In this document: piece after piece, positions 44,317 through 54,979 of the stretch | How the letters are laid out: the number at the start of each line of letters is the position of its first letter | Position numbering within the stretch: position 1 is the first letter of the stretch | Source of the DNA: Bacteroidia bacterium | GTDB taxonomy: Bacteria; Bacteroidota; Bacteroidia; 2-12-FULL-35-15 | Assembly: GCA_020051175.1 (NCBI GenBank) | Contig: JAGVJJ010000040.1 | Span: 22,175-86,174, forward strand | DNA length: 64,000 nt | Direction: 5' to 3' | Made by a program: the position numbers and the translations under genes | The notes under the pieces: model-generated | The model's database searches: none | What the model saw: the letters and a program-made list of their open reading frames with translations, nothing else | What the model was told of the DNA's origin: nothing

Positions 44317-46800
44317 TTACTCCTGGTAATAAACCCTTTTCACCCTCCTTGATACATTGGTAAGTATCTCATACGGAATAGTCCCCACATCTTTGGCGAT
44401 TTCTGTAATAGGGGAATTCTCACCGAACACAATCACTTCATCGTTTTCAGTGGCGTTAATGTCGGTAATATCAATCATGCACATATCCATGCACACGTTG
44501 CCAATTATGGGGGCTGGTTTTCCCTTTACCATCATTTTTCCTTTACCATTGCTTAGTTTGCGGCTCAGGCCGTCAGCATAACCTATTGGAACGGTAGCAA
44601 TCTGTATATCACGGGTGGCGACACCTTTGCGGCTATAACCGATTGTTTCGTTGGCGGGGATATTTTTGATCTGTGAAATGCTTGTTTTGAGAGTGCTTAC
44701 ATTTTGCAGCTGATTTTGTTCGCCAGCACTACTGCCAATACCATACAGCCCGATTCCCAATCGGACCATATCAAACTGCGCATCCGGAAAACGGCTGATA
44801 CCGGCAGAATTCAGGATGTGTTTCATTATAGGGTAACTGAAATGCTGCTTAATGGCTTCGCTCATCTCATTAAAACGCTTGATTTGCTGCCAGGTAAAAT
44901 CATCGTGTTCGGCCTCATCGCTTGCTGCAAGGTGAGAAAATACGGACTTTATAACTATGTACTTGTTGTTTTTTATCCTTACAATGAGCTCATTTATTTC
45001 AGAAGCTTCAAAGCCAAGACGGTGCATGCCCGTATCCAGCTTGATGTGTATGGCAATGCTTTTTTCCTGCAGGTGGCCGCTGCGCTTTAATGTTTCTTCA
45101 AAAAGGTTTAACACACGAAAGCTGTATATTTCCGGCTCCAGGTGGTATTGTATCATGGCCTCATAACTTTGCTCTTCCGGGTTCATTACCATGATGGGCA
45201 TGGTGATACCGGCTTTTCGGAGCTCTATGCCCTCATCGGCATAAGCCACTGCAAGGTAATCCACCCGGTGAAACTGAAGTACATTGGCTATTTCAAAGCT
45301 TCCGCTGCCATAAGAGAAAGCTTTTACCATGGCCATGATTTTTGTATCGGCCTTTATCTTCGAACGAAAATAGTTAAGGTTGTGGACAATGGCGTTGAGG
45401 TTTATTTCCAGCACTGTTTCATGTGCTTTCTGCTGTATAATTTTGCTTATGGCCTCAAAACCGAATGCCCTTGCACCTTTTAACAGTATGGTTTCATCAC
45501 GGAACATGGAAGTGTTGTACTGCTTTAAAAACTCCTCAGTAGACTGGTAAAAACTTTTTTCGATATGAAACAGGTGTTGCTGGCGGGATATATTTTCTCC
45601 TATACCAATGAGCCTCGAAACCCCTTTTTTATGAAGTAGTTCCGCCACTTCCCTATAAAGGGTTTCTTCGTTTCTTCCACTTTGCAGTATATCGGAAAGT
45701 ACCAGCGTTTTTTTTATGTGCTGCTTTTGCTGGTTGAGAAAATCAAGCGCAATAGCCAGCGATCCCAAGTCGGAATTATAGCTGTCGTTAATGATGGAGC
45801 AGTTATTGATCCCCTCGTTGAGTTCAAGCCGCATGGCAATGGGGCTAAGGAAAGGCATTCGCTCTGCAATTACCTGGTTGTCATATCCCAGGTAAAGCAG
45901 CGTAGCCCAGCAATGAATGGCATTTTCAATACTGGCTTCATCTGTAAATGGGATATGGATGCGTATAAAGTCATTTTTGTATACACCCTGTATTTCTGTG
46001 TCTCCGGTACCTTTCGTAATGCGCCCTATCAATAAATCAGCACGGGTTTTACGCGACCAGGAAAATACTTTTAATTCTGAAAATGCAGGATTGGTGCTTA
46101 TTTCATTGTGAACAGACAGATAGTCTTTACAATAAACCAGGGTTTCCGAGTGTTTGAAGAGCTTGAGCTTTTCATCTACTTTTTGTTTTTGATTTTCAAA
46201 ATTTTCATCGTGAGCATGGCCTATGTTGGTAATTAGTCCTAATGTAGGCTGTATAATAGCCCGGAGATGGCTCATTTCATTGGGTTGTGAAATGCCGGCC
46301 TCAAAAATTCCCAGGTTGTTTTCTTCCGACATCTGCCATACAGAAAGAGGGACACCCACCTGTGAATTATAGCTTTTAGGGCTCCGTACAATGTTCTTGT
46401 CCTCACGCATCAGCTGGTAAAGCCATTCTTTTACAATGGTTTTACCGTTGCTGCCCGTTATTCCTATTACAGGTATTTTAAACTGCTGCCTGTGAAATGC
46501 CGCCAGCTCCTGAAGCGCCACCAGTGTGTCTTTTACAAGGCAAAAGCAGCAATTGGCGAATGAATCAATGTTTGCCGGAAGTGTAGAAACAACAAAAGCA
46601 CGCACACCTTTATCGTATAGCTCTTTCAGATAGGTATGTCCATTATGCCTCTCCCCTTTAATAGCAAAAAACAAGGATGTTTCGGCATTGCTGAGCTTGC
46701 GGCTATCGATAAGTAAACTGCGGATAATGGCTTTGGTATTGCCATTTCCGGTAACACTGCTGTTTATAATGGAAGCAATCTTTTCGAGCGTGTAATTCAT
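44317..46800 (-). CDS. murF: bifunctional UDP-N-acetylmuramoyl-tripeptide--D-alanyl-D-alanine ligase / alanine racemase (MurF-Alr fusion)
   Basis: N-terminal Mur ligase region (GITGSNGKT). C-terminal alanine racemase region (VKAFSYGSG PLP-lysine context, ...YGIGS). The track start at 46875 overlaps tdk; the Met at 46800 (MNYTLEK) is the likely start. Confidence 0.85.
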   Translation of the reverse strand: MNYTLEKIASIINSSVTGNGNTKAIIRSLLIDSRKLSNAETSLFFAIKGERHNGHTYLKELYDKGVRAFVVSTLPANIDSFANCCFCLVKDTLVALQELAAFHRQQFKIPVIGITGSNGKTIVKEWLYQLMREDKNIVRSPKSYNSQVGVPLSVWQMSEENNLGIFEAGISQPNEMSHLRAIIQPTLGLITNIGHAHDENFENQKQKVDEKLKLFKHSETLVYCKDYLSVHNEISTNPAFSELKVFSWSRKTRADLLIGRITKGTGDTEIQGVYKNDFIRIHIPFTDEASIENAIHCWATLLYLGYDNQVIAERMPFLSPIAMRLELNEGINNCSIINDSYNSDLGSLAIALDFLNQQKQHIKKTLVLSDILQSGRNEETLYREVAELLHKKGVSRLIGIGENISRQQHLFHIEKSFYQSTEEFLKQYNTSMFRDETILLKGARAFGFEAISKIIQQKAHETVLEINLNAIVHNLNYFRSKIKADTKIMAMVKAFSYGSGSFEIANVLQFHRVDYLAVAYADEGIELRKAGITMPIMVMNPEEQSYEAMIQYHLEPEIYSFRVLNLFEETLKRSGHLQEKSIAIHIKLDTGMHRLGFEASEINELIVRIKNNKYIVIKSVFSHLAASDEAEHDDFTWQQIKRFNEMSEAIKQHFSYPIMKHILNSAGISRFPDAQFDMVRLGIGLYGIGSSAGEQNQLQNVSTLKTSISQIKNIPANETIGYSRKGVATRDIQIATVPIGYADGLSRKLSNGKGKMMVKGKPAPIIGNVCMDMCMIDITDINATENDEVIVFGENSPITEIAKDVGTIPYEILTNVSRRVKRVYYQE

Positions 46801-46804
46801 AAGC

Positions 46805-47380
46805 TTAGTTTTGTACGCTACAGAAGCAATCCCTGCAAAGCGGCTCATAATTATTGGTTTCACCAAGCAATACAAGAGAAGATTCGGATGTCATCCGGTG
46901 AGAATAATTGGCAATACTGCCACAGCGCATACAAATGGCATGTACTTTTGTTACATGCTCTGCAATGGCCAGCAGTGCCGGGATTGGGCCAAATGGTTTA
47001 CCAAGATAATCCATGTCAAGTCCGGCAACAATCACCCTGATTCCGCTGTTCGCAAGCTTGTTGCACACATCGGCAAGGCCATCATCAAAAAATTGTGCTT
47101 CATCAATACCTACCACCTGAACATCGTTGGCAAGCAAAAGGATGTTTCCTGAAGCAGGAACAGGTGTGGAATGAATGGATGTGCTGTTGTGCGAAACCAC
47201 TTTCACATCATCGTACCGGGTATCAATGGCAGGTTTGAAAATTTCAACTTTCTGTTTTGCAAACTGAGCCCTTTTCAACCTGCGGATAAGTTCTTCGGTT
47301 TTGCCGGAAAACATGGAGCCGCAAATCACTTCAATGGAGCCTTTCGGATGTTGAGGGTGTATGTAGTTTTCTAAAAACAT
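46805..47380 (-). CDS. tdk: thymidine kinase
   Basis: [11 protein letters not shown] (P-loop). [11 protein letters not shown]-terminal zinc ribbon (CMRCGS...CRDC). Confidence 0.95.
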   Translation of the reverse strand: MFLENYIHPQHPKGSIEVICGSMFSGKTEELIRRLKRAQFAKQKVEIFKPAIDTRYDDVKVVSHNSTSIHSTPVPASGNILLLANDVQVVGIDEAQFFDDGLADVCNKLANSGIRVIVAGLDMDYLGKPFGPIPALLAIAEHVTKVHAICMRCGSIANYSHRMTSESSLVLLGETNNYEPLCRDCFCSVQN

Positions 47381-47536
47381 TGTTGAATTTGCAATTGAAA
47401 TTGGCGGCTCGTACTTTTCTGAAAAGTCCTGTCACCAATTTGGCATTTTTAATGTATTTTTAGTGGTTGTTAGTATACAACAAAGCTAATCAAAAAAGCG
47501 TTTTGAATAGCCCCTAATTATTAACATAAAATCGCA

Positions 47537-48232
47537 ATGAATAATCCTGATATACGAAATGAAATTTCCGGCCTAATCCGGAGTATCAAAGCTCAATCCG
47601 CCCGCTTTGAAAACCCTGTAGAAATAAATGCTGGTGATGCTGAATTGCTGCTGGTTGAGGTGGAGGCCTTGTATAAAAAACTTATTGTATTCAATCATAC
47701 AGCTAACACCAGTACGGATATTGTTGAGCAGAAGGAAACACAGGATTTAACAAGTCCTGAACCTGAACCTGAACCTTTTGAAAAACAGTTGAATACGACT
47801 GTTGTGGAGGTGCCGGTTGTGGAAGAAGTGCAGCTTGAAGTTACTACGCCTGTTGAAGAAGCACATTTGCCGGTTGAGGAAGCCACAGTGGTGGCCGATT
47901 TAAAAGAAGAGACAATTATTGGTCCTTCTGCGGAGATTAAGATAGACGACCAGCCGGTGGTCCAGGTAAACGAAGAAGCTAAAGTTGCTCCGAAAGTACC
48001 GCGGGCAGATTTAAAGGCAGGCATTGGTATAAATGATAAGTTCCAGTTTATTGCAGAATTGTTTGCAGGAAGCGGTGATAAATATGAAGAGGCTATCAGG
48101 CAGCTGAATTCGTTTGAAACAGCGGATGCTTCAATGCTTTACCTGGATGAAATCCGCAGCAGGTTTCAATGGAAAGAAGAGTCAGACTCCGCCCAACGTT
48201 TGACAGAGCTGGTGAAACGCAGGTTTGTGTAA
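47537..48232 (+). CDS. hypothetical acidic protein
   Basis: 231 aa. PEPEPEP and Val/Glu-rich low-complexity centre. Conserved-looking N- and C-terminal segments. No recognisable domain. Confidence 0.4.
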   Translation: MNNPDIRNEISGLIRSIKAQSARFENPVEINAGDAELLLVEVEALYKKLIVFNHTANTSTDIVEQKETQDLTSPEPEPEPFEKQLNTTVVEVPVVEEVQLEVTTPVEEAHLPVEEATVVADLKEETIIGPSAEIKIDDQPVVQVNEEAKVAPKVPRADLKAGIGINDKFQFIAELFAGSGDKYEEAIRQLNSFETADASMLYLDEIRSRFQWKEESDSAQRLTELVKRRFV

Positions 48233-48243
48233 ATTTAAATTGT

Positions 48244-49563
48244 ATGAAGCTATCACTTAGAATAATTTGTTTGCTATGTTACTGCGCCTGCTTCAAAGGC
48301 TATTCGCAGGACATTGTAAAACCGGTATACAGTCTGGCCAAAAGGATTGTAGATACACTTGCTGCTCCCGGAATGCATGGCAGGGGATATGTAAACGATG
48401 GTGATAAAATAGCCGCAAATTATATCAAGCAGCAATTCGCGGAACTGGGACTAAAGAGCTTCAGGGATGACTATTTCCAGCCTTTTACTTTTTCTGTCAA
48501 TACTTTTCCTGGAAAAATGGAGTTTGGCTACATTTTTCAGAATAAAAAAGAACTGGAAACATTTGAGGGAGTTGCAGGACGTAATTTTATTGTAGCTCCC
48601 GATGCACCTTCTATTAATGGATTGTATCCGACTATAGTTTTTGATTCATCTTATACAACATCACCGTCTAAGTTCGAAAAATTCAGAAAAAAAATTAAGT
48701 CCGATGGTGTGTTTGTAATTATTGATGATCGGGGTGTTACAAACAAGCAGAAGCTGGAGTATTTTAAAAAAGTAAAAAATGGTTATTTCGGAACCCATAT
48801 TATTGAGCCAGTTTCAAAGCTTACCTGGAGCGTGTCGCAGGAGGTTGCTAAATATGTAAAAATTCAGGTACTGGCGGATAGCTTTAGTTTTAGAGCAAAG
48901 GGGAATGTCGCTATCAATATTGAAAATAAATTTGTTGAATCACACGCTACGCAAAATGTTATCGGATATATAGAAGGCTCTGAACGACCCGATTCTTTCA
49001 TTGTTTTCTCTGCACACTACGACCACCTGGGGCAAATGGGAAGTAACGTTTATTTTCCGGGCGCTAACGACAATGCGAGTGGCTGTGCCATGTTGCTGAA
49101 CCTTGTGAATCATTATTCAAAACCACGCTCCAGGCCGCGCTACTCAGTTGTTTTTATAGCGTTTGCCGGAGAGGAAGCAGGTTTGCTGGGGTCTAAGCAT
49201 TATACGGAAAACCCCTTGTTCCCAATGCGAAAAATACGGTTCCTTATAAATACAGATATTATGGGAACAGGCGATGAGGGCATTACTGTGGTGAACGGCT
49301 CTGTGTTTAAAAAGGAGTTTGATGCACTTGTGGAAATAAACAAACAAAAGGAATATTTAAAAGAGGTTAAAATCCGCGGAAAAGCAGCTAACAGCGATCA
49401 TTACCATTTCTCGGAAAAAGGTGTAAATGCTATTTTTATTTATACCATGGGAGGTATAAAGGCGTATCATGATATATATGACAAAGCGGAAACGCTTCCT
49501 TTGAACAAGTTTGAAGATGTTTTTTATCTCATTTTGAAGTTTATGGATTATTTGCAGCATTGA
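48244..49563 (+). CDS. M28 family metallopeptidase
   Basis: Signal peptide MKLSLRIICLLCYCACFKGYSQ. Metal-binding motifs SAHYDHLG, GANDNASG and FAGEEAGLLGS. Confidence 0.8.
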   Translation: MKLSLRIICLLCYCACFKGYSQDIVKPVYSLAKRIVDTLAAPGMHGRGYVNDGDKIAANYIKQQFAELGLKSFRDDYFQPFTFSVNTFPGKMEFGYIFQNKKELETFEGVAGRNFIVAPDAPSINGLYPTIVFDSSYTTSPSKFEKFRKKIKSDGVFVIIDDRGVTNKQKLEYFKKVKNGYFGTHIIEPVSKLTWSVSQEVAKYVKIQVLADSFSFRAKGNVAINIENKFVESHATQNVIGYIEGSERPDSFIVFSAHYDHLGQMGSNVYFPGANDNASGCAMLLNLVNHYSKPRSRPRYSVVFIAFAGEEAGLLGSKHYTENPLFPMRKIRFLINTDIMGTGDEGITVVNGSVFKKEFDALVEINKQKEYLKEVKIRGKAANSDHYHFSEKGVNAIFIYTMGGIKAYHDIYDKAETLPLNKFEDVFYLILKFMDYLQH

Positions 49564-49635
49564 AGAAGTTTTGATATACACGCAATTAATTCCCCCTTTT
49601 TTAAAGGGAAAGGTTAACAAACATTTTTATCTGAA

Positions 49636-50328
49636 ATGAAACTATACATAGTACCAACACCCATAGGTAACCTCGAAGATATAACGCTTCGGGCGATAAG
49701 AATATTGAAGGAGGTGGACCTCATTTTAGCAGAGGATACCCGTAAATCGGGTATCCTCTTAAAGCACCTGGGTATCAACAAAAAAATGTTTTCACACCAT
49801 CAGCACAATGAGCATAAAACGGCCACCATGATTGCTGAGCGTATTGCTGTTGGTGAGAGTATAGCGTTGATAACGGATGCAGGTACACCCGCAATTTCCG
49901 ATCCCGGTTTTTTTCTCGTGCGGGAATGTATCAAATTAGGTGTTGAGGTGGAGTGCTTGCCCGGGCCGACCGCATTTGTGCCGGCACTGGTCAATTCCGG
50001 TCTGCCGAATGATACCTTTTGTTTTGAAGGTTTTTTGCCACAGAAAAAAGGCCGGCAGACAAAAATAAAATCATTGGTATCAGAAGAAAGAACAATGATT
50101 TTTTATGAATCGCCCTACAGGCTTGTTAAGGCGCTGGAAGAGTTTGCTGAACATTTTGGGGCCGACAGGAAAGTTTCTGTTTCCAGGGAGTTGAGCAAAA
50201 TGTTCGAAGAAACCAAGAGAGGCACTTTGATGGGGGTGCTGAATTATTTTAAGGAAAAAACCGTAAAGGGGGAGATTGTAATTGTGCTTGAGGGAAATAA
50301 AACAGAGAGAAATGTAACAAATGACTAA
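49636..50328 (+). CDS. rsmI: 16S rRNA (cytidine1402-2'-O)-methyltransferase
   Basis: MKLYIVPTPIGNLEDITLRAIRILKEVDLILAEDTR is the canonical RsmI N-terminus. Confidence 0.9.
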   Translation: MKLYIVPTPIGNLEDITLRAIRILKEVDLILAEDTRKSGILLKHLGINKKMFSHHQHNEHKTATMIAERIAVGESIALITDAGTPAISDPGFFLVRECIKLGVEVECLPGPTAFVPALVNSGLPNDTFCFEGFLPQKKGRQTKIKSLVSEERTMIFYESPYRLVKALEEFAEHFGADRKVSVSRELSKMFEETKRGTLMGVLNYFKEKTVKGEIVIVLEGNKTERNVTND

Positions 50329-50341
50329 GGCATTTTAATTT

Positions 50342-51385
50342 ATGGAAATACAGAATAAAACGGGTGCTCCACCGGGAACCATTGTTTACCATGGAAAAGA
50401 AACAGAAGAGAAGGTAAAGCTTACGCTTATCCAGTACAATGAGACCGTGTTTGTAGAAAAAGATTTTTATAGTCTTACGGATTGTCTGGACTGCGTGATG
50501 CCCAATACCATCAAATGGATCAACGTGGATGGTATTCATAAAGTAGAGCTGATCGAGGAAATAGGAAAGCGCTTTAATATTCACCCCCTGACACTGGAGG
50601 ATATTGTAAACACCACTCAGAGAGCCAAATTTGAGGATTACGACAGCTATGTGGTGGCCATTATGAAAATGATTTATTACGACAATGAAATACATTCCGA
50701 GCAGCTTACTGTTGTGCTGATGGATGGAATGGTTATTTCTTTCCAGGAAATACATGGCGGGGATGCATTTGATATGATTAGAACCCGGTTACGGCAAGGG
50801 AAAGGACGTGTGCGTAAAATGGGTGCTGATTATCTTGCTTATGCTTTGCTGGATGCTGTAGTGGACTGCTATTTTTCCATATTGGAAAAGGTGGGGGATA
50901 GGATTGAAATCCTGGAGGAAGAAGTGATGGACGAGCCTTCCAAAGATATTTTACGGCAAATCCATCACATGAAACGTGAAATGATTTTTTTACGCAAAGC
51001 GGTATGGCCCATGCGTGAATTGATTAATAACCTGGAGCGTAGTGAAACGGAGCTGGTGAAGCCTACAACAGATATCTACCTGCGCGACTTACACGATCAC
51101 TCTGTACGGGTTATTGATACGGTAGAAACTTTTCGCGATTTGCTTTCGGGGATGATGGATATTTATTTGTCGAGCGTAAGCAATCGTATGAATGAAGTAA
51201 TGAAAGTCCTTACCATTATCACTACCATATTTGTACCCATTACATTTATTGTGGGTGTTTATGGAATGAACTTTGACGACATGCCGGAATTGCACTCCAA
51301 ATGGGGTTACCCAATTACCTGGGGCTCAATAATAATTACCGTAAGCCTCTTGCTGTATTATTTCCGAAGGAAAAAGTGGTTGTAG
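50342..51385 (+). CDS. corA: magnesium/cobalt transporter CorA
   Basis: YGMNFDDMPEL (GMN motif) followed by two C-terminal TM helices. Confidence 0.9.
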   Translation: MEIQNKTGAPPGTIVYHGKETEEKVKLTLIQYNETVFVEKDFYSLTDCLDCVMPNTIKWINVDGIHKVELIEEIGKRFNIHPLTLEDIVNTTQRAKFEDYDSYVVAIMKMIYYDNEIHSEQLTVVLMDGMVISFQEIHGGDAFDMIRTRLRQGKGRVRKMGADYLAYALLDAVVDCYFSILEKVGDRIEILEEEVMDEPSKDILRQIHHMKREMIFLRKAVWPMRELINNLERSETELVKPTTDIYLRDLHDHSVRVIDTVETFRDLLSGMMDIYLSSVSNRMNEVMKVLTIITTIFVPITFIVGVYGMNFDDMPELHSKWGYPITWGSIIITVSLLLYYFRRKKWL

Positions 51386-51390
51386 CAACC

Positions 51391-51810
51391 TTACTTGTTT
51401 TTCAACAAATCCCGTATTTCTGCCAATAGTCGCTGCTCTTCTGAGGGCGCAGGGGCTGGTTGTGGTGCCGCGGCCTCTTTCTTTTTAGCTTTGTTTATCG
51501 CTTTTACAACAAGAAACATTACAAAAGCAACCAGTACAAAATCAATAAATACGGTAATAAACTCACCATATTTTATAGCCGCTTCTGTAGCTATTATTTT
51601 TCCGGAAGCGTCCTTTTGTTCTTCACTCAATATATATTTAAGCGATTTAAAATCGACATCGGCCGTTATTTTACCCACAATGGGCATTACCATGCCATCA
51701 ATGAAGCTGCTTACCAGTTTTGTGAATGCCGCACCCATAACAAAGGCAACTGCCATGTCAATTAGGTTGCCTTTCATGGCAAACTCTTTAAATTCCTTAA
51801 TTACGCCCAT
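51391..51810 (-). CDS. mscL: large-conductance mechanosensitive channel
   Basis: MGVIKEFKEFAMKGNLIDMAVAFVMGAAF is near-identical in pattern to the E. coli MscL N-terminus. Confidence 0.9.
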   Translation of the reverse strand: MGVIKEFKEFAMKGNLIDMAVAFVMGAAFTKLVSSFIDGMVMPIVGKITADVDFKSLKYILSEEQKDASGKIIATEAAIKYGEFITVFIDFVLVAFVMFLVVKAINKAKKKEAAAPQPAPAPSEEQRLLAEIRDLLKNK

Positions 51811-51813
51811 GCT

Positions 51814-52389
51814 TTAATTTATTTCTGTTTTGTTGTTGTCTGGATTTTCTTTTTTCTCCCTGCTTTTTCTATACAATTTCACCGCCAGCATTAATGTTGC
51901 TGCCAGTATTATAAGTCCAAGCATTCCCCATATAAGACCGGAATTGCTTTTTAATACAATTAAAAAAACAATTGCAACTAAAAAAATAGTTGCCAGCTCA
52001 TTCCACAAACGCAATTTGAAGGATGTGTGCTTAACAACATCGTTCTGAAGCTGTTTGAATATAACATGGCACTGAAAATGATAAATGATGAGTCCGCCCA
52101 CAAAACACAACTTCAAAATAAAATAAGCCTGTTGAAGAAATCCGGGTGTTTCCCAAAGCATCCAGCCACCAAGAATTATTGTAATAATCATGGAGGGCCA
52201 GGTAATGCCATACCATAGGCGTTTCGACATGAGCTTGTATTGTGTTTGTAATATACTCTTATCCGGCTCAGATTTTTGTTCTGCCTCCGTATGGTATATG
52301 AATAAGCGCACTATATAGAACAGGCCGGCAAACCAGGTAACAATAAATACGATGTGGCTGGCTTTGAGGTATTGATGAAGGTTGTCCAT
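51814..52389 (-). CDS. hemJ: protoporphyrinogen IX oxidase HemJ (CopD/UPF0093 family)
   Basis: HIVFIVTWFAGLFYIVRLFIYHTEA matches the HemJ N-terminal signature. Four TM helices. Confidence 0.75.
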   Translation of the reverse strand: MDNLHQYLKASHIVFIVTWFAGLFYIVRLFIYHTEAEQKSEPDKSILQTQYKLMSKRLWYGITWPSMIITIILGGWMLWETPGFLQQAYFILKLCFVGGLIIYHFQCHVIFKQLQNDVVKHTSFKLRLWNELATIFLVAIVFLIVLKSNSGLIWGMLGLIILAATLMLAVKLYRKSREKKENPDNNKTEIN

Positions 52390-52465
52390 GGCAGTGAATT
52401 TTTAAGCGAAGTTACAAATCAAAACAGTACAATATCCATAAAATGATGCCTTCAATTCTGTATCT

Positions 52466-53002
52466 TTGAAAAAAAATAATTTTATGAAAGCTAAAACAGC
52501 AAAGGAGTCATTAGCTGTGCAAACTCAGGTAGTACTGCCCAATGATACAAACGTAATGGGTAATTTGTTTGGCGGTATGCTGCTGCAGTGGATGGACATT
52601 GTTGCATCCATTTCTGCGCACAGGCATTGCAAGCGCGTGGTTGTAACGGCTGCTGTTAACAACGTGTCCTTTAACAATCCAATAGCCCACGCGAGTATTG
52701 TTACGCTGCAGGCAAAAGTTTCGCGCGCGTTTACATCCTCTATGGAGGTATTTATTGATGTTTGGGTAGAGGATAGGGTAAGCGGGGAAAAAATAAAATG
52801 CAACGAAGCCATTTATACATTTGTGGCCATTGACCAGAATGGCTCTCCTTTACCGGTGCCAGAGCTTATTCCTGAAACGGAAGAAGAAAAGCAGCGTTTT
52901 GAAAGCGCCTTGCGCAGACGACAGCTAAGCCTTATTCTTGCCGGAAAGCTGAAGCCGGAAAATGCTACAGAGTTAAGGGCTTTGTTTATACCTACGAAAT
53001 AA
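52466..53002 (+). CDS. acyl-CoA thioesterase (hotdog fold, YciA-like)
   Basis: VLPNDTNVMGNLFGGMLLQWMDIVASISA is the hotdog thioesterase motif. Confidence 0.75.
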   Translation: MKKNNFMKAKTAKESLAVQTQVVLPNDTNVMGNLFGGMLLQWMDIVASISAHRHCKRVVVTAAVNNVSFNNPIAHASIVTLQAKVSRAFTSSMEVFIDVWVEDRVSGEKIKCNEAIYTFVAIDQNGSPLPVPELIPETEEEKQRFESALRRRQLSLILAGKLKPENATELRALFIPTK

Positions 53003-53008
53003 AACGCA

Positions 53009-54280
53009 TTAATCATTTTGTACAACCAGTTGTACGGTGTACCTGCTCTTAACTTCCAGTAAAATTTTTTTATTTATGGTTACACGGTCAATTGTGGCTT
53101 GGTCATAATAGCGAATAGTAATGAGTTCCAGTTGTTCATTGTATAGCACCCTGTAGTGGTTCTGAAGGGTTTTAATAAGTTCCGGAAGCTTATAACGATC
53201 GTTGTCAATGCAAAGCGAAAAGCTGATAGCAGAGTTTTGCATCATGTTTATTTTTATGTGTGAGTCCGCAAACAACTTAAAAATATCACTGAAGTTTTCT
53301 TCTACGATGAATGAAAAATCTTTTGGCGAAATGGAGATCAGCACCTGGTTCATTTTAAATATAAAGCAGGGAATTGGAAGTGGCGACTGCCCTTCATTAA
53401 TAACCGTTCCGGCATCAGCAGGATGAACGAATGATTTTACAAACAGTGGAATTTTTTTGTTCTGCAGGGGTTTTATAGTCTTGGGGTGTATTACCGTTGC
53501 CCCGTAATACGCCAGCTCAATGGCATCCTGGTAGGAAATCTGCTCCAGCTTTTGTGTCTTTTCAAACCACTTGGGATCCGCATTCAGTACGCCAGGTACA
53601 TCTTTCCAGATGGTTACACTTTCTGCATTCATCGTATATGCTATTATTGCAGCTGTGTAGTCTGAGCCTTCGCGCCCCAGCGTTGTTGTAAAGTTCTCGG
53701 AAGTGCCTCCGATAAAGCCTTGAGTAACCACCACTGCGCCTTTTGTTTTAGAAAGTGCCGGAAGGAGATGTTTGTCGGCCAATTGTTGAGTAAGCTCCCA
53801 ATCCACTTTGCCCTCCCGGTAGGTGTTATCTGTTTGTATAAAATCGCGGGCATCCTGCCATTTGTTGGATATTCCTTCTTCATTTAGATAGGCTGACACA
53901 ATTTTTGTAGAGATAATTTCGCCAATGCTTACAATTTGATCGTATTCGTGGTCATAGCCGTGTGTGGGATCATCCTCTATTGCCCAGTCCAGTTCTACAA
54001 ACGTGTTGTTAATATCATTGTAAATGGAGTGGCTCCTATCGGGGAACAATTGTTCAATAATGTCAAAATGATATTTTTTTATTCCTTCAAGTATTGTTTC
54101 TGCATTTTCACTTGAATAAAAGAATGCATTTGTAAGCTGTTCGAGCGCGTTGGTGGTTTTTCCCATTGCAGATACAACAACCACAATGCTTTCGCCAGGA
54201 TAACGTTTTAAGATAGTAGCTACATTTTTTACAGCTTTGGCATCTTTTACCGATGCCCCTCCGAATTTAAATATCTTCAT
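53009..54280 (-). CDS. aspartate kinase
   Basis: MKIFKFGGASVKDA. Amino-acid kinase domain plus C-terminal ACT region. Start moved to the internal Met (track start 54316). Confidence 0.9.
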   Translation of the reverse strand: MKIFKFGGASVKDAKAVKNVATILKRYPGESIVVVVSAMGKTTNALEQLTNAFFYSSENAETILEGIKKYHFDIIEQLFPDRSHSIYNDINNTFVELDWAIEDDPTHGYDHEYDQIVSIGEIISTKIVSAYLNEEGISNKWQDARDFIQTDNTYREGKVDWELTQQLADKHLLPALSKTKGAVVVTQGFIGGTSENFTTTLGREGSDYTAAIIAYTMNAESVTIWKDVPGVLNADPKWFEKTQKLEQISYQDAIELAYYGATVIHPKTIKPLQNKKIPLFVKSFVHPADAGTVINEGQSPLPIPCFIFKMNQVLISISPKDFSFIVEENFSDIFKLFADSHIKINMMQNSAISFSLCIDNDRYKLPELIKTLQNHYRVLYNEQLELITIRYYDQATIDRVTINKKILLEVKSRYTVQLVVQND

Positions 54281-54322
54281 AAAACAGTAAGCAATTTTAC
54301 AATAGGCAGTAGGCAAATCTGT

Positions 54323-54796
54323 CTAATACATATCTAATTGTTGTTTGGTTAATTTACAGTTAATCCACTCATTGTCGAAATTGGAACCCAGTTTTTTATA
54401 AAATTGAATAGCAGGGTCATTCCATTCCAAAACCTGCCATTCCAGCCGCTCTGAATTTAAGGCTTTTGCAACATTAGCAACGGCATTAAACAGCTGGTTT
54501 CCAATGCCCTTTTTACGGAATTTTTCGGTAATAATAATATCTTCGAGGAAAATGCATTTTCCTTTCCATGTAGAGTATTTTGTATAATAAAGTGCAATAC
54601 CACTAATATTGCCTTGAATTTCAGCTACAAAAAAGTCAAATGCGGGCTGCGCTCCAAAGCCATCCTTTTCAAGGATTTCAACAGTCACTGTTACTTCATC
54701 CGGTGCATTTTCATACCTGGCAAGTTCTTTTATCAGCTCAAGAGCCGCTGGTAAATCTTCTTTTGTGCCTTTTCGAATTAAAGAGATCATTTCCAA
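54323..54796 (-). CDS. GNAT family N-acetyltransferase
   Basis: 157 aa. The RKKGIGNQL acetyl-CoA binding motif (Q/RxxGxG/A). Confidence 0.75.
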   Translation of the reverse strand: MEMISLIRKGTKEDLPAALELIKELARYENAPDEVTVTVEILEKDGFGAQPAFDFFVAEIQGNISGIALYYTKYSTWKGKCIFLEDIIITEKFRKKGIGNQLFNAVANVAKALNSERLEWQVLEWNDPAIQFYKKLGSNFDNEWINCKLTKQQLDMY

Positions 54797-54979
54797 GCCT
54801 TTATTACCGGTGAGTTGTGCCTGGGGGGCATCATAGCAATTTTAACTGCCTCCAAACGTTCATAAAAATGAATTTCAGCGACAAAGATACCCAATTACCG
54901 ATTAATGGCATTGAAAATATAGCTATTCCGTTAATCCAAAAAATTTACGATATTTGTATAAACTCAAACCAATAAAACA